Below, piece after piece: positions 29,390-39,193 of a stretch of 64,000 bases of DNA. This stretch comes from Candidatus Thorarchaeota archaeon (GTDB taxonomy: Archaea > Asgardarchaeota > Thorarchaeia > Thorarchaeales > Thorarchaeaceae): contig JAFGAR010000175.1 in NCBI GenBank assembly GCA_016933575.1, forward strand, positions 1-64,000. The letters run 5' to 3'. Made by a program: the position numbers and the translations under genes. Below the pieces are notes generated by a model. It was not told the origin of the DNA and did not search any database. It was given only the letters and a program-made list of their open reading frames with translations. Each line of letters opens with the position of its first letter. Positions within the stretch are counted from its first letter, which is position 1.

Positions 29390-30385
29390 GTGAGGTCATT
29401 GCGTACTTGTGATAAGTGTGGGAAAGTCAACCAACCTACACGAAAATTCTGTATCAGATGTGGTGCTTCTCTTATCAAAGTAGAAAAAGCAAAACCAGCT
29501 CCAGCACAACCAAGTGCTCCAGTTGAAAGTTCAAAGAGTCAGGGGAAACTCACACCTGCACCACCCATAACTACAGACGACAAATGGGTGAAGCCAAGTG
29601 AAGTATCAAAAGATAGAGTAAGAGTTGCAGGTCACTCCAAAGGAAAGACAGAACTCGAGAAAGCCCGTGAGGCATTTGCCAAAGCTGAAACGGTTGGAAT
29701 TGATGAAGCTGATGGTTCAGGTATCATTGAAACACGGATGCTTCGAGCAAGTGAAGTACGTGAACTCCTTGAAGGTCCTGGAATGATGCAGGTTGATGAA
29801 GTGCCTACGCCTACTATGATGGAAGGAAGTGAACCATTACCGCCGGAAGCAACAGAGATGATGGCTCCATCAATGCCTTCATCTTCACAGATTGAGGAAT
29901 CGATTCTGGGATCAAAATCAGGATTTGTAAGCAAACCAAAGAAACCGGAACCTGAAGTAATGGATACGGGACACGTATCATCTCAGATATCCGCTGAATT
30001 CTCTTCATCACGATACGAACAGGATGAAGGTGCGTCAGAATTTGAAGGAGACGCAGAAGTAGCACCTTCACCTCGTCCTACTTCCAAACCAAGTGCACCA
30101 CAGGTTGGCAGTGAACGAAAAATCAGTGAGGATGCTATAGATCTCGTTATCACATGTCCAGATTGCGGAAAGACTATCAACGTAGATATGTTCGAGTATC
30201 CATCGGAAGTCTACAGTGCAATGGCTGCTGCTCGTATGAAACAAGCGAGATTTTTCATAGTACAGGGCAAGGGTGAGGATGCTCTACGTATTGTTCGTAT
30301 GGCAAACGCGTTGTATACAAAGGCAAATGATAAGATTGGTCTGCAAGAGATTCGAAAACTTATTGAGACCTTGGCCAAAGGCTAG
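29390..30385 (+). CDS. Zinc-ribbon protein with a long disordered linker and C-terminal CxxC plus TPR-like helices (start probably TTG 29399)
   Basis: CDKC...CIRC, P/S/E-rich middle, CPDC, helical hairpin. Confidence 0.75.
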   Translation: MRSLRTCDKCGKVNQPTRKFCIRCGASLIKVEKAKPAPAQPSAPVESSKSQGKLTPAPPITTDDKWVKPSEVSKDRVRVAGHSKGKTELEKAREAFAKAETVGIDEADGSGIIETRMLRASEVRELLEGPGMMQVDEVPTPTMMEGSEPLPPEATEMMAPSMPSSSQIEESILGSKSGFVSKPKKPEPEVMDTGHVSSQISAEFSSSRYEQDEGASEFEGDAEVAPSPRPTSKPSAPQVGSERKISEDAIDLVITCPDCGKTINVDMFEYPSEVYSAMAAARMKQARFFIVQGKGEDALRIVRMANALYTKANDKIGLQEIRKLIETLAKG

Positions 30386-31179
30386 GCAGACAACCATAGT
30401 TTCAGGAATTTCTTCCGCTCTGATTGGAAGGCTAGTGGATCTCTACTCAGCATCAGAAAGCGGCCATCATACCCACGCTGTTTGAGAGACCTGAATATTG
30501 GTTCAAAATCAATTGTGCCTTCACCAATAGGAAGATGTTCATCACACTTTCTTGCCATTTCGCGAAGCTCAATATGGGATATCTCACTAAGAACTCGCTT
30601 TGCGATATCATCCTTATATGAATCACATGCAGAGTTATCGTGAACATTAATCATCTCTATTTTATCAAAGAATGAATCAATGTGACTCATAACTCGGTTC
30701 TGAGATGAGAGAATCTGTCCATGACCTATATCAAGGACCATTTTGACTTCTGAGAACTGGTCAAAGAAGAGGATAAGTTCCGTGTAATAGTGAATGAGAG
30801 TCTCAATGGCCAGTTTCACTCCCATCTCCTTTGACGCATCATAGACAAGTGAGAACGATTCCAAGAATAGATCGATCTCATCGTCTGAATAGAGGAGGGT
30901 TGAGAGGGGTGAATGAAAAGTTAAAAACTCGGCCTCAAGATCCTGTCCGAGCTCAAGAAATGGTGCAATATCTTGCGTGATATCAGTTGGTTTCCATTCA
31001 GGGTCACTTGGGAGATGAACTGTGATAGGAACCCCAGCATCATCAAGGATGCGTTTTGCCTCTCTGAAATTGATCTGATGCTCATAATCCATTCGCAGGT
31101 CAATGTAGTCCAGTTTTCCTTTGAGAGCGTAAGCAATCTGTTCATCTGTACGGGCATAGGTTCCGATTTGCATCTTCAC
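30382..31179 (-). CDS. Sugar phosphate isomerase/AP endonuclease 2 TIM-barrel protein
   Basis: VHLP, LAIET, LDIGH, VHDN, DEHLPIGEGTIDF. Confidence 0.85.
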   Translation of the reverse strand: MKMQIGTYARTDEQIAYALKGKLDYIDLRMDYEHQINFREAKRILDDAGVPITVHLPSDPEWKPTDITQDIAPFLELGQDLEAEFLTFHSPLSTLLYSDDEIDLFLESFSLVYDASKEMGVKLAIETLIHYYTELILFFDQFSEVKMVLDIGHGQILSSQNRVMSHIDSFFDKIEMINVHDNSACDSYKDDIAKRVLSEISHIELREMARKCDEHLPIGEGTIDFEPIFRSLKQRGYDGRFLMLSRDPLAFQSERKKFLKLWLSA

Positions 31180-31321
31180 ATCCTCATCATTTTGGCTTCA
31201 GTCGCGTCTTTTTTGACTTTTGGTTCTGCTATTTCAATTTAAGCAATCATCAATTCTGGGCGATAGTGTTAAATGATTGATTAGCCTTTCCTACTCATAT
31301 TCACGCTTTTAGGCGGAGGTT

Positions 31322-31864
31322 TTGACTCTGGCGGATACTGCTTCATATCTCTTTAAAATCGTCTTTCTAGGAGAAGGTGCTGTTGGGAAGACAAGTCTTG
31401 TAGGGCGTTTTGTCTACAACTCTTTCGAGGGTGACTATCTTGCCACCATCGGTACAGATATTCATCTCAAGATGGTTAAATTAGAGGATGTTTTGGTCAA
31501 ATTAGTAATATGGGATATTGCAGGACAAGACAACTTCGCTCAGCTGAGACGTGCCTATTATATGAATGCGAGCGGCGCATTCTTTGTCTTTGATACGACT
31601 CGTCCTGAGACTATTGCACGAGTGGATGAATGGATAAATGCTCTGACAACTGTGACAGGGACGATTCCATTAGTCATGCTCGAGAATAAGGTTGACCTTG
31701 AGAGTGCTATAACAAAGGAGCAGAAAGAAGCAATATCAAAGAAATATGGTGTCAAGATAATCCCGACTAGTGCAAAAGAGGATACAAATGTAGAAGATGC
31801 CTTCACAGAGATGACACAGCGTATTCTTGATAAGGCAAGAAACAAAAGTATGAAAGCAATGTAG
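31322..31864 (+). CDS. Rab-like small GTPase
   Basis: GEGAVGKT, YLATIG, WDIAGQ, NKVD, SAK. Confidence 0.93.
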   Translation: MTLADTASYLFKIVFLGEGAVGKTSLVGRFVYNSFEGDYLATIGTDIHLKMVKLEDVLVKLVIWDIAGQDNFAQLRRAYYMNASGAFFVFDTTRPETIARVDEWINALTTVTGTIPLVMLENKVDLESAITKEQKEAISKKYGVKIIPTSAKEDTNVEDAFTEMTQRILDKARNKSMKAM

Positions 31865-31890
31865 AGAATGATACCCTAGGAGATAACACC

Positions 31891-32421
31891 TTGGTAGTGA
31901 GAGAACCAGACTTTGTGCATAAGATTGTCTTTCTCGGAGACTCAGGGGTGGGTAAAACTTCTATCATTCAAAGATACGTATACGATAGTATGGATCCTGA
32001 CATTGGTCGAACCATAGGGGCAGTGCTCCATGTCAAGACTATGGTCGTAAACAACGAGTTCCATAAGCAAGTTATCTGGGACCTCGGAGGACAGGAGTCA
32101 TTTGCTCAGTTGAGGGAGCAATACTGCGCAAATGCTTCAGGTGCATTTTTCATCTTCGACCGTACACGTCTTGAGACCCTGCAACACATTGATGATTGGC
32201 TCATTGCACTCCACGCTTCAGTAGGAAAGGTGCCAGTAATCGCAGTTGAGAATAAAATCGATCTTGAATCTGTGATAACTAATGAACAGATACGTGGAAT
32301 GCTAGAGGTTCGTCAGCTTGAACATATTCAGACTAGTGCTTTGCAAAACAAAAACGTGGAACAAGCGTTTTTTGAGTTAGTAACGAAAATTCGAGAGAAC
32401 ATGGGAAAGCGAGCTAGATAA
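31891..32421 (+). CDS. Rab-like small GTPase (tandem paralog)
   Basis: GDSGVGKT, RTIG, WDLGGQ, NKID, SAL. Confidence 0.92.
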   Translation: MVVREPDFVHKIVFLGDSGVGKTSIIQRYVYDSMDPDIGRTIGAVLHVKTMVVNNEFHKQVIWDLGGQESFAQLREQYCANASGAFFIFDRTRLETLQHIDDWLIALHASVGKVPVIAVENKIDLESVITNEQIRGMLEVRQLEHIQTSALQNKNVEQAFFELVTKIRENMGKRAR

Positions 32422-32423
32422 CA

Positions 32424-33122
32424 TTAGATGTCAAGCGTCATATCGCGGATATCATCAATCCCTTTGTATGCCAGACCTAGCTTTTTCCTCTTCCCACTAA
32501 CGAGATAAACCGCAGACTCCGCTATCGTAATAGCTTGGTCCGAGGCTCGTTCATAGTATCTACCCACAATGACATATAACATGGCAATATTGCTGATATC
32601 ACGGCGGTGATTCAAGTAATCGGCAATCTCCTGAAACATCTCAGATGCTTCATTATCACTCTGTGCTTCTAATTTCTCAAGTTCATCGATCTCATCTAGA
32701 TTCTCATCAATAACAGACCTGATGGAAACAGAGAGAGCGGACGTTGAAAGTTCGGCAAGATATGGTAATGTAACGAGTTCCTTGAAGTGGTCTAATCCTT
32801 CGGCAAGATTCACTATCTCGCATATCTTCATGGCATAGCGGCCAATACTTCTGAGTCCTCCAGCCGTGTGAATATATGAGATAAGTCTTCTTAGGTCCTT
32901 GTCCTGAGGTTGATATCTGGAGATACCTTCGAAGGCTTTGTCTTCGATACTATGATGAATTACCTCAACTGTTTCCGATTCATTTGTAACTTCATCTGCC
33001 AATTCACAGTCAAGATCTTCAAAGGCCTTAGTGGATTGGACAAGAGCTGAGGCAACTATCGAGTGAAGGTTCTCTAGGAGACCCCTGATTTCTGTCTTTA
33101 GTGACTCAAGTTCCGGGTTCAC
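32424..33122 (-). CDS. phoU: Phosphate signalling protein PhoU, paralog 2
   Basis: YQPQDKDLRRL, GRYYERASDQA; GTG 33122 after GGTGGTG preferred over the track's 33161. Confidence 0.88.
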   Translation of the reverse strand: MNPELESLKTEIRGLLENLHSIVASALVQSTKAFEDLDCELADEVTNESETVEVIHHSIEDKAFEGISRYQPQDKDLRRLISYIHTAGGLRSIGRYAMKICEIVNLAEGLDHFKELVTLPYLAELSTSALSVSIRSVIDENLDEIDELEKLEAQSDNEASEMFQEIADYLNHRRDISNIAMLYVIVGRYYERASDQAITIAESAVYLVSGKRKKLGLAYKGIDDIRDMTLDI

Positions 33123-33188
33123 GTTGACACCACCAGTTCTAAGCAAAGGTACAGACTGCAATTAAGGTATTTCTACACGTCCTCAGAA

Positions 33189-33884
33189 TCAATGTGGCGC
33201 TTGGCTGGATTTTCCTTTGTACGCAAGCCCGAGTTTTACTCGTTTTCCTTTTACCATGTACACAGCTTTCTCTGCTATTTGAAAAGCTTGGTCAGCTGCT
33301 CGTTCACAATATCTACCAATTATGATATAGAACAAAGCCATCTCTTCAATACCATTCTGTTCACGAAGATACTTCACTATTTCGTTGAACATATCTGAGG
33401 TTTCCCTATCACTTTCTGACTCGAGCTTTTCCAATTCATCCATTTTTGATAGGTCGCCATTCAATATCCCTTTCATGGCAATATCAAGTGTCTTCTTAGC
33501 CAATTCAGCCAAATAGGGGATAGATTGAAGTTCCTTAAAGTGCTGAAGGTCTTTGCAGAGATAGGTGATGTGAGCTATTTTGTATGCGTATCTACCCACT
33601 CGATGGAGGTTATGTGCAGTTTGAAGATAAACTGATAATCGACGTAAATCACTTGCAACAGGTTGTCGGCGACCAATTGTTTCCAAGACATTTGCTTCTA
33701 TCTTTTCCTCAAGCTCATCAATATCACCAGCTAGATCCTTAACATCTTTTGCTACATCCTGATCTAGATTCTTGAAGGACTCCATAGAATCCATAAATGC
33801 CTTCTCAGACAGTTCATGAAGTCGCATCAGTCTACCTTGAATTTCATCCAAATAGAATTCTAATTGTGTCTTCATTATATTCAC
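33189..33884 (-). CDS. phoU: Phosphate signalling protein PhoU, paralog 1
   Basis: RQPVASDLRRL, GRYCERAADQA; start possibly ATG 33875. Confidence 0.92.
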   Translation of the reverse strand: MNIMKTQLEFYLDEIQGRLMRLHELSEKAFMDSMESFKNLDQDVAKDVKDLAGDIDELEEKIEANVLETIGRRQPVASDLRRLSVYLQTAHNLHRVGRYAYKIAHITYLCKDLQHFKELQSIPYLAELAKKTLDIAMKGILNGDLSKMDELEKLESESDRETSDMFNEIVKYLREQNGIEEMALFYIIIGRYCERAADQAFQIAEKAVYMVKGKRVKLGLAYKGKSSQAPH

Positions 33885-34655
33885 CTATCCAATTCTTCCT
33901 GTTATGAAGGCTTCAGTTCTAGGATCAGCAGGCGCTTCCAGTATTCGTTTTGTCTGGTCGAACTCTACTAATTCACCTAGGTAAAGAAATGCTGCTTGGT
34001 CTGAAACCCTAAAAGCTTGTTGTACATTATGCGTGACAAGGATAATAGTATAATCCTTTTTTAATTCAGTTATCAGATCCTCAATCTTTGAGGCACTAAT
34101 AGGATCTAGTGATGATACTGGTTCATCCATTAATAGAACTGGAGGATTTACAGAGAGAGCTCGTGCAATGCATAATCTCTGTTGCTGACCACCCGAGAGA
34201 TTTGGTCCAGGTTTATCCAGTTCGTCCTTTACTTCATCCCATAACGCTGCCTTCTTGAGCGAGTCTTCAACTAGCTTGTCAAGTTTATCCTTATCATTCA
34301 GTCCATGTAATTTAGGACCATAAGCAATATTGTCATAGATGGACATGGGGAATGGGTTTGGTTTCTGAAACACCATTCCAATCCGCTTTCTGAGGTCATA
34401 TACACTTGCACCTTGTCCAAAGATGTTGTTACCCATGAATCGGACCTCACCTTTTTGACGAAAGCTTGGAACAAGATCGTTTAATCGGTTCAATGTCCTG
34501 AGAAGTGTGGACTTGCCACATCCAGATGGTCCCATAATGGCCGTTACAGAATTATCTTCAAAGTAACATGATATTTCTTTGAGGATCTTATGTGAACCAA
34601 ACCATGTAGACAGAGTATCTACTTCTAAAGTATGAGTATATTGCTTGTTTGCCAG
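33885..34655 (-). CDS. pstB: Phosphate ABC transporter ATPase, probable CTG start
   Basis: GPSGCGKST, GMVFQKPNPFPMSIYDN, LSGGQQQRLCIARAL; 40 further in-frame codons (LEVDTLSTWFGSHKILKEIS) back to CTG 34655, with AGGAGG 9 nt upstream. Confidence 0.93.
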   Translation of the reverse strand: MANKQYTHTLEVDTLSTWFGSHKILKEISCYFEDNSVTAIMGPSGCGKSTLLRTLNRLNDLVPSFRQKGEVRFMGNNIFGQGASVYDLRKRIGMVFQKPNPFPMSIYDNIAYGPKLHGLNDKDKLDKLVEDSLKKAALWDEVKDELDKPGPNLSGGQQQRLCIARALSVNPPVLLMDEPVSSLDPISASKIEDLITELKKDYTIILVTHNVQQAFRVSDQAAFLYLGELVEFDQTKRILEAPADPRTEAFITGRIG

Positions 34656-35636
34656 TTATACCAGCCTCCTAGTTACTTTTCTAGAAATAATATTAGCGAC
34701 AATGTCAATTGCAAGGACCATAGTCATGAGTGCAACAGCTGTGGCATGTGCTTTGATGTTAAGATAGGCTCGTGGATCGCTTATGTATGACCAGATTGTA
34801 TAGGGCATAGATGCAACCCATGAACCAGGTCCAATGATTTCAGTTGGTGTTGTGAGACTATTGCCAGAAGTGAATATCAGCGGAGCAGTTTCGCCCATTA
34901 CCCTTCCAATCGCCAATAATACTCCAGTGATCACTCCGGGAAATGCCGCTCTTAGTGTGATATTCCATGTTGTTGACCATTTAGTAGCGCCGAGGGCAAG
35001 AGATGCTTCTCTCAAAGACATTGGGACTGCGCGAAGAGCTTCCTGAGTTGTTCTCAAGACAGTGGGTATCATCATGAAAGCAAGTGTCAGACTCCCTGAT
35101 AAGAGACCCATCCCCAAGTCCAAGAACCCTACTAGAAATACAAAACCAAATGCGCCAAAGACAATACTTGGTATTCCTGCAAGTACATCTGATGTGAATT
35201 CGACAACATCACGAAGTCGACCAGGTCTTGTGTACTCGTTGATATATACAGCTCCAAAGACACTCAATGGAATTCCTACTGCTGACGCAAGTGTAACAAG
35301 AAATAGAGTGCCAAAGAATGCATTACGGATTCCACCCATTAACCCTCTACCTGGTTCTGTCAGGAAGAAATTGCTAAATGATTCAAAACCATTAGAGAAT
35401 AACTCGACAAAACCCACTGATGCAACCTGATATAAAACAAGAAAGAAAGGCAGAATGATAATAATAATCCCAATGCCTAAGATGACGTGAAAAAGAAAAT
35501 CCTTGAAATTCCTACGTGTTTTTACTATGTTTGACGATACGAGTTTTAATTCTTTAATAAAGTCCCTCTTATCTTTCTCAAACACATCTGGTGCACGTTC
35601 ATCAAGAGGAATTTCGTTTTTCGTCATTCTATACAT
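34656..35636 (-). CDS. pstA: Phosphate ABC permease
   Basis: LAGIPSIVFG, LREASLALGATKW, IGRVMGETAPL. Confidence 0.93.
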   Translation of the reverse strand: MYRMTKNEIPLDERAPDVFEKDKRDFIKELKLVSSNIVKTRRNFKDFLFHVILGIGIIIIILPFFLVLYQVASVGFVELFSNGFESFSNFFLTEPGRGLMGGIRNAFFGTLFLVTLASAVGIPLSVFGAVYINEYTRPGRLRDVVEFTSDVLAGIPSIVFGAFGFVFLVGFLDLGMGLLSGSLTLAFMMIPTVLRTTQEALRAVPMSLREASLALGATKWSTTWNITLRAAFPGVITGVLLAIGRVMGETAPLIFTSGNSLTTPTEIIGPGSWVASMPYTIWSYISDPRAYLNIKAHATAVALMTMVLAIDIVANIISRKVTRRLV

Positions 35637-36693
35637 ACCCCCTCGTCTTCATTCCCCATCGGATGAATATCTTAGCTGTAAAAGTGAAAAAGATAGACAT
35701 GAGTAATAGAATGAATCCCACAGCAAAGAGTGCTGATCTCCATAATGGGAAGATAAATGCATATCCAAGTTGATTGGTTATTATGCTAGTCATTACATAA
35801 GTAGGATCGAATAGACTATAGGGAATTTGAAGAGAATTTCCTGTTACCATTAGAACAGCCATTGTTTCACCTACAGCTCTTCCTAATGACAGGACAACAG
35901 CGGCTCCGACTCCGGGAAGAGCTGCAGAAACAACTATTCTCCTTGCTGTTTCGCTCTTTGTTGCACCAAGTGCGTACGAAGCCTCCCGTAGACTCATTGG
36001 AACTGATTGAAGGGCATCGTTTGATATTGCAACAACTGTGGGTAAAAGCATAATCGCTAGAATGAGCCCTCCTGCAAGAAGGCTGAATCCATTCGTATCT
36101 CCTTGAAACCATGGTATCCAACTAATTAGGATATTATTTTGAACTGCAGGAGCAAAACTATTCTTAATGAATGGTACGATAACAAGTAATGCCCAAAGTC
36201 CGTAGACTATTGAAGGAATTGCAGCCATCATTTCAACAATCATTCGTATGGGTGAACGAAGATGATTTGGACAATACTCACTAAGGAATATTGCACCTCC
36301 CACACCAAGGGGAACAGCAAGACCGATAGCAATGGCTGCACACATTAAGGAGCCCGTGATGAATACTCCAATCCCATATAGATCTCTATTTGGATCCCAC
36401 GTAGGTCCAACAATTATTCCAGGTCCACCCTCAGGACTTGTGAATATCGGTGCAGATTCAAACCACAGGAAAGTGAGAATAAGTATGATTATTATTGTAC
36501 TGGCAAGAGCAGGTATTGCTAGTCCAATTCGACCGAAGAAATCGATACGACCTGGAGTATCAGCTTCACGAACTTCGATAAAAGGGGCTTTCAGTTTTTG
36601 TAGAATCCTTTTTGTAAGACCAGATTGATCTTCACTCATTTCAGTTGCTGAAGCTGAGTCAATATCTTGAGTCATATTTGATTCTCCTGACAA
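35629..36693 (-). CDS. pstC: Phosphate ABC permease
   Basis: AAIPSIVYGLW, LREASYALGAT, GRAVGETMAVLMV. Confidence 0.93.
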   Translation of the reverse strand: MSGESNMTQDIDSASATEMSEDQSGLTKRILQKLKAPFIEVREADTPGRIDFFGRIGLAIPALASTIIIILILTFLWFESAPIFTSPEGGPGIIVGPTWDPNRDLYGIGVFITGSLMCAAIAIGLAVPLGVGGAIFLSEYCPNHLRSPIRMIVEMMAAIPSIVYGLWALLVIVPFIKNSFAPAVQNNILISWIPWFQGDTNGFSLLAGGLILAIMLLPTVVAISNDALQSVPMSLREASYALGATKSETARRIVVSAALPGVGAAVVLSLGRAVGETMAVLMVTGNSLQIPYSLFDPTYVMTSIITNQLGYAFIFPLWRSALFAVGFILLLMSIFFTFTAKIFIRWGMKTRGYV

Positions 36694-36744
36694 TCAGTTC
36701 TAGTTCTTTGTTAATTTCTGATTTTTTCCGTGACAAATTCGTTG

Positions 36745-36793
36745 AAAAAGTGTGTGGAAGCCAGGTTTCTATATTTGCATTGACCTGGCTTCC
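36745..36793 (-). terminator. pstS-pstC intercistronic 11-bp stem-loop followed by TTTTT
   Basis: GGAAGCCAGGT (36756-36766) / ACCTGGCTTCC (36783-36793). Confidence 0.65.
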
Positions 36794-36822
36794 TTTTTGG
36801 AAGGAGGATGCTATTAATCTGT

Positions 36823-37869
36823 TTAACTTGGTATTAAATCACCAACAACACTGAGTGCATAGGTGACAGCTGATGTACCTGAGATTGGCACGTAGCCAAC
36901 ATCAGAGATGTACTGCTGTCCCTGAGCTAGAACCCAGTTTAAGTATACGATCACATACCAAGCAAGATTGTCTTCATTGACAAGGTAGTACAATAACCTA
37001 GCAATTGGATAAGCACCTGTATTTGCGGAGTTCATCAAGTTTGCTCCAGGATCTGTGAGTTCAGCAGGGAGTGCCTTTAATGCATTCTCCAGATTGGGAG
37101 TGATATATTCCTGAATTGTTGGGTTATAGAGGTCAACGACTGCAAGGTCTTCCATGAATGCAAGTCCTACATATCCAATTCCGCTTGTATCCCCAAGGAC
37201 ACCAGCTGCAACACCTGGATTTCCTTCAACAGCACTGATTCCAGCAGGCCATGAAATTGACTCGCTATCACCAAGCCCCCATGTATAGTTTTGGTAGGGA
37301 TTTGGATTAGCACCTGCTGTCTTTAGCCATTTTCCAAAAGTCGCAGTTGTTCCAGAAGCATCAGATCTTACGTAGACATTAATATCTCCAGTAGCAGCAA
37401 TTACAACATTGAAGGCAGTTTCAAAAACTTCCCATGTTGTAATGTTTCCTTGAAAGATTGCAACTGCCATATCACAGTCCATCTTGAAATTGGATCCATT
37501 GACAGCGGGATTGGCTACTATGCCAAGTGCATCAGCTGAAACTGGGATAATCTTTACATTAGGATTAGCTGTTCTGTAGTCTGAATTTGGATAAGAGCTT
37601 GATGCACCAATATCGATTAATTCATCAGCTACTTGAGACTGGCCAAGACCAGAGCCTCCGGTGCTGGGATTAACTGTCATTGCTGGAAAATCAGCGTGGA
37701 ACTGGGTCGCCCATTCCTGTGACAAGGGATATACTGTGGTAGAACCAGCAGTAGTGATTATGTATGTGGTGGTTCCAGTACCCCCGGGAGGTGCAATCAT
37801 GTACATTGCACCTGCGCCAATAACAAGTCCTACAACAAGGACTGCTATCAGTTTGATACTATCATTCAT
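36823..37869 (-). CDS. pstS: Phosphate-binding protein
   Basis: AGSTTVYP, TGGSGLG, RSDASGTT, GIGYVG, YPIARLLY; N-terminal TM from ATG 37869. Confidence 0.93.
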   Translation of the reverse strand: MNDSIKLIAVLVVGLVIGAGAMYMIAPPGGTGTTTYIITTAGSTTVYPLSQEWATQFHADFPAMTVNPSTGGSGLGQSQVADELIDIGASSSYPNSDYRTANPNVKIIPVSADALGIVANPAVNGSNFKMDCDMAVAIFQGNITTWEVFETAFNVVIAATGDINVYVRSDASGTTATFGKWLKTAGANPNPYQNYTWGLGDSESISWPAGISAVEGNPGVAAGVLGDTSGIGYVGLAFMEDLAVVDLYNPTIQEYITPNLENALKALPAELTDPGANLMNSANTGAYPIARLLYYLVNEDNLAWYVIVYLNWVLAQGQQYISDVGYVPISGTSAVTYALSVVGDLIPS

Positions 37870-38005
37870 TTTTTTTATTACTCCTATAGAGCGTACTCCA
37901 ATTGAGTATGAAGACCCTCCAAAATCCCTAGTAATTAAGAAATAGGCAAGAGCTTCAGTAGCTGCATTTATCAGTATATGCTTCATATGCATATAATTAA
38001 TTCCC

Positions 38006-38037
38006 CCTATCTTGCTTTATCACAAAGCATAGATAGG
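38006..38037. promoter_or_regulatory. Imperfect inverted repeat in the pstS / AbrB-PhoU divergent promoter
   Basis: CCTATCT-TGCTTT atcac AAAGCA-T-AGATAGG. Confidence 0.4.
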
Positions 38038-38143
38038 TTTTCAAAAATCAAAGATATCAACTCAGCTTCAAAAGCCGCTCTATCTTAAAAAATAGCAAAT
38101 GTACATTTACATCATATGAAACATTCATAGGATGTGCTGAACA

Positions 38144-39157
38144 ATGATTACTACCAGAAAGCTCAATCAAGTAAGAAACTCATACTATGTGTATCTTCCT
38201 AGAGAATGGTGCGATGAACATCGACTGGACAAAAACTCAGAAGTCACACTGGAAAGAACTCAAGACGGAGCACTTCATATCTCACCTTCTGTTATTCAAG
38301 CAAAACAGACAACTCCGCTGAAAATAACCATTGAAAATGAACACAGGCAAGACCTCTCAAATCTACTTATCGGAGCTTATATAGTCGGAGCTGGAGAATT
38401 GGAGCTTACATTCACTGATGCATTGGATATGGCTACACGTGAAGAGATTAGCAAGTGGGTAGACAAGCTTGAAGGATGGGGTATTCTTGATGAACACAGT
38501 AATAGTATGCTGATAAGTGATATTCTTACTAGTGATCGAGAGGTTATTCGGAAGGTGCTCAAGCGACAATTTGCAACTACGAAATACATGCTTCAGCAGA
38601 TGATATCATCAATCTCTGGTGGTGACATAACTGACTATATGCACATTGTTTCAAGGGATGAGCAGGTCGACCGTAATAGATACCTTGTCGAAAGATTGTG
38701 TCACCTTGTTCTCAGAGACCCCGCGTATGCAAGAAAAATCGCACTCTCACCACCGGATGCTCTCAGTTTTAGTTTAGCTGCGAAGTTTGTCGAGAGATTA
38801 GCAGATCATATTTGCGGTGCGGTTAATGAGATTATGGACATTAAAAAAATTGATACAAAACTGGTTAAGCTGACTACAAGAATCTCTGAACTCTACGAGA
38901 AGACAACATCTGTTTTCTTCAGCATCGACAAGAAAGGAAGAGAGCAAAAGGAAGAATTAACCGTCGAAGCTACTGAGGCATTTGAATCACTACGAGAAGC
39001 AAATGATCTCGCAGACTCACTGAGTCGTCTTGAGTCTTCAAGAAGCGAAAAAAACCCACACGAGATCATACTTGCACTGCATCTTGAAAGAATTGCTTCG
39101 TACTGCTCGGACATTATCGAGATTGGAATCAATAGAATCGTTGAAGTGAGAATATAG
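38144..39157 (+). CDS. Archaeal AbrB/SpoVT-PhoU phosphate regulator
   Basis: RKLNQVRNSYYVYLPREW AbrB domain; VERLADH and LERIASY PhoU repeats. Confidence 0.9.
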   Translation: MITTRKLNQVRNSYYVYLPREWCDEHRLDKNSEVTLERTQDGALHISPSVIQAKQTTPLKITIENEHRQDLSNLLIGAYIVGAGELELTFTDALDMATREEISKWVDKLEGWGILDEHSNSMLISDILTSDREVIRKVLKRQFATTKYMLQQMISSISGGDITDYMHIVSRDEQVDRNRYLVERLCHLVLRDPAYARKIALSPPDALSFSLAAKFVERLADHICGAVNEIMDIKKIDTKLVKLTTRISELYEKTTSVFFSIDKKGREQKEELTVEATEAFESLREANDLADSLSRLESSRSEKNPHEIILALHLERIASYCSDIIEIGINRIVEVRI

Positions 39158-39193
39158 AGGTTAGACTTATGACGTACTTTAACCTTAATTGAC

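Noticed and set aside
37870-37992. 41-aa N-terminal extension of PstS given by the track
   Set aside because: The signal anchor and a GGAG RBS point to ATG 37869.
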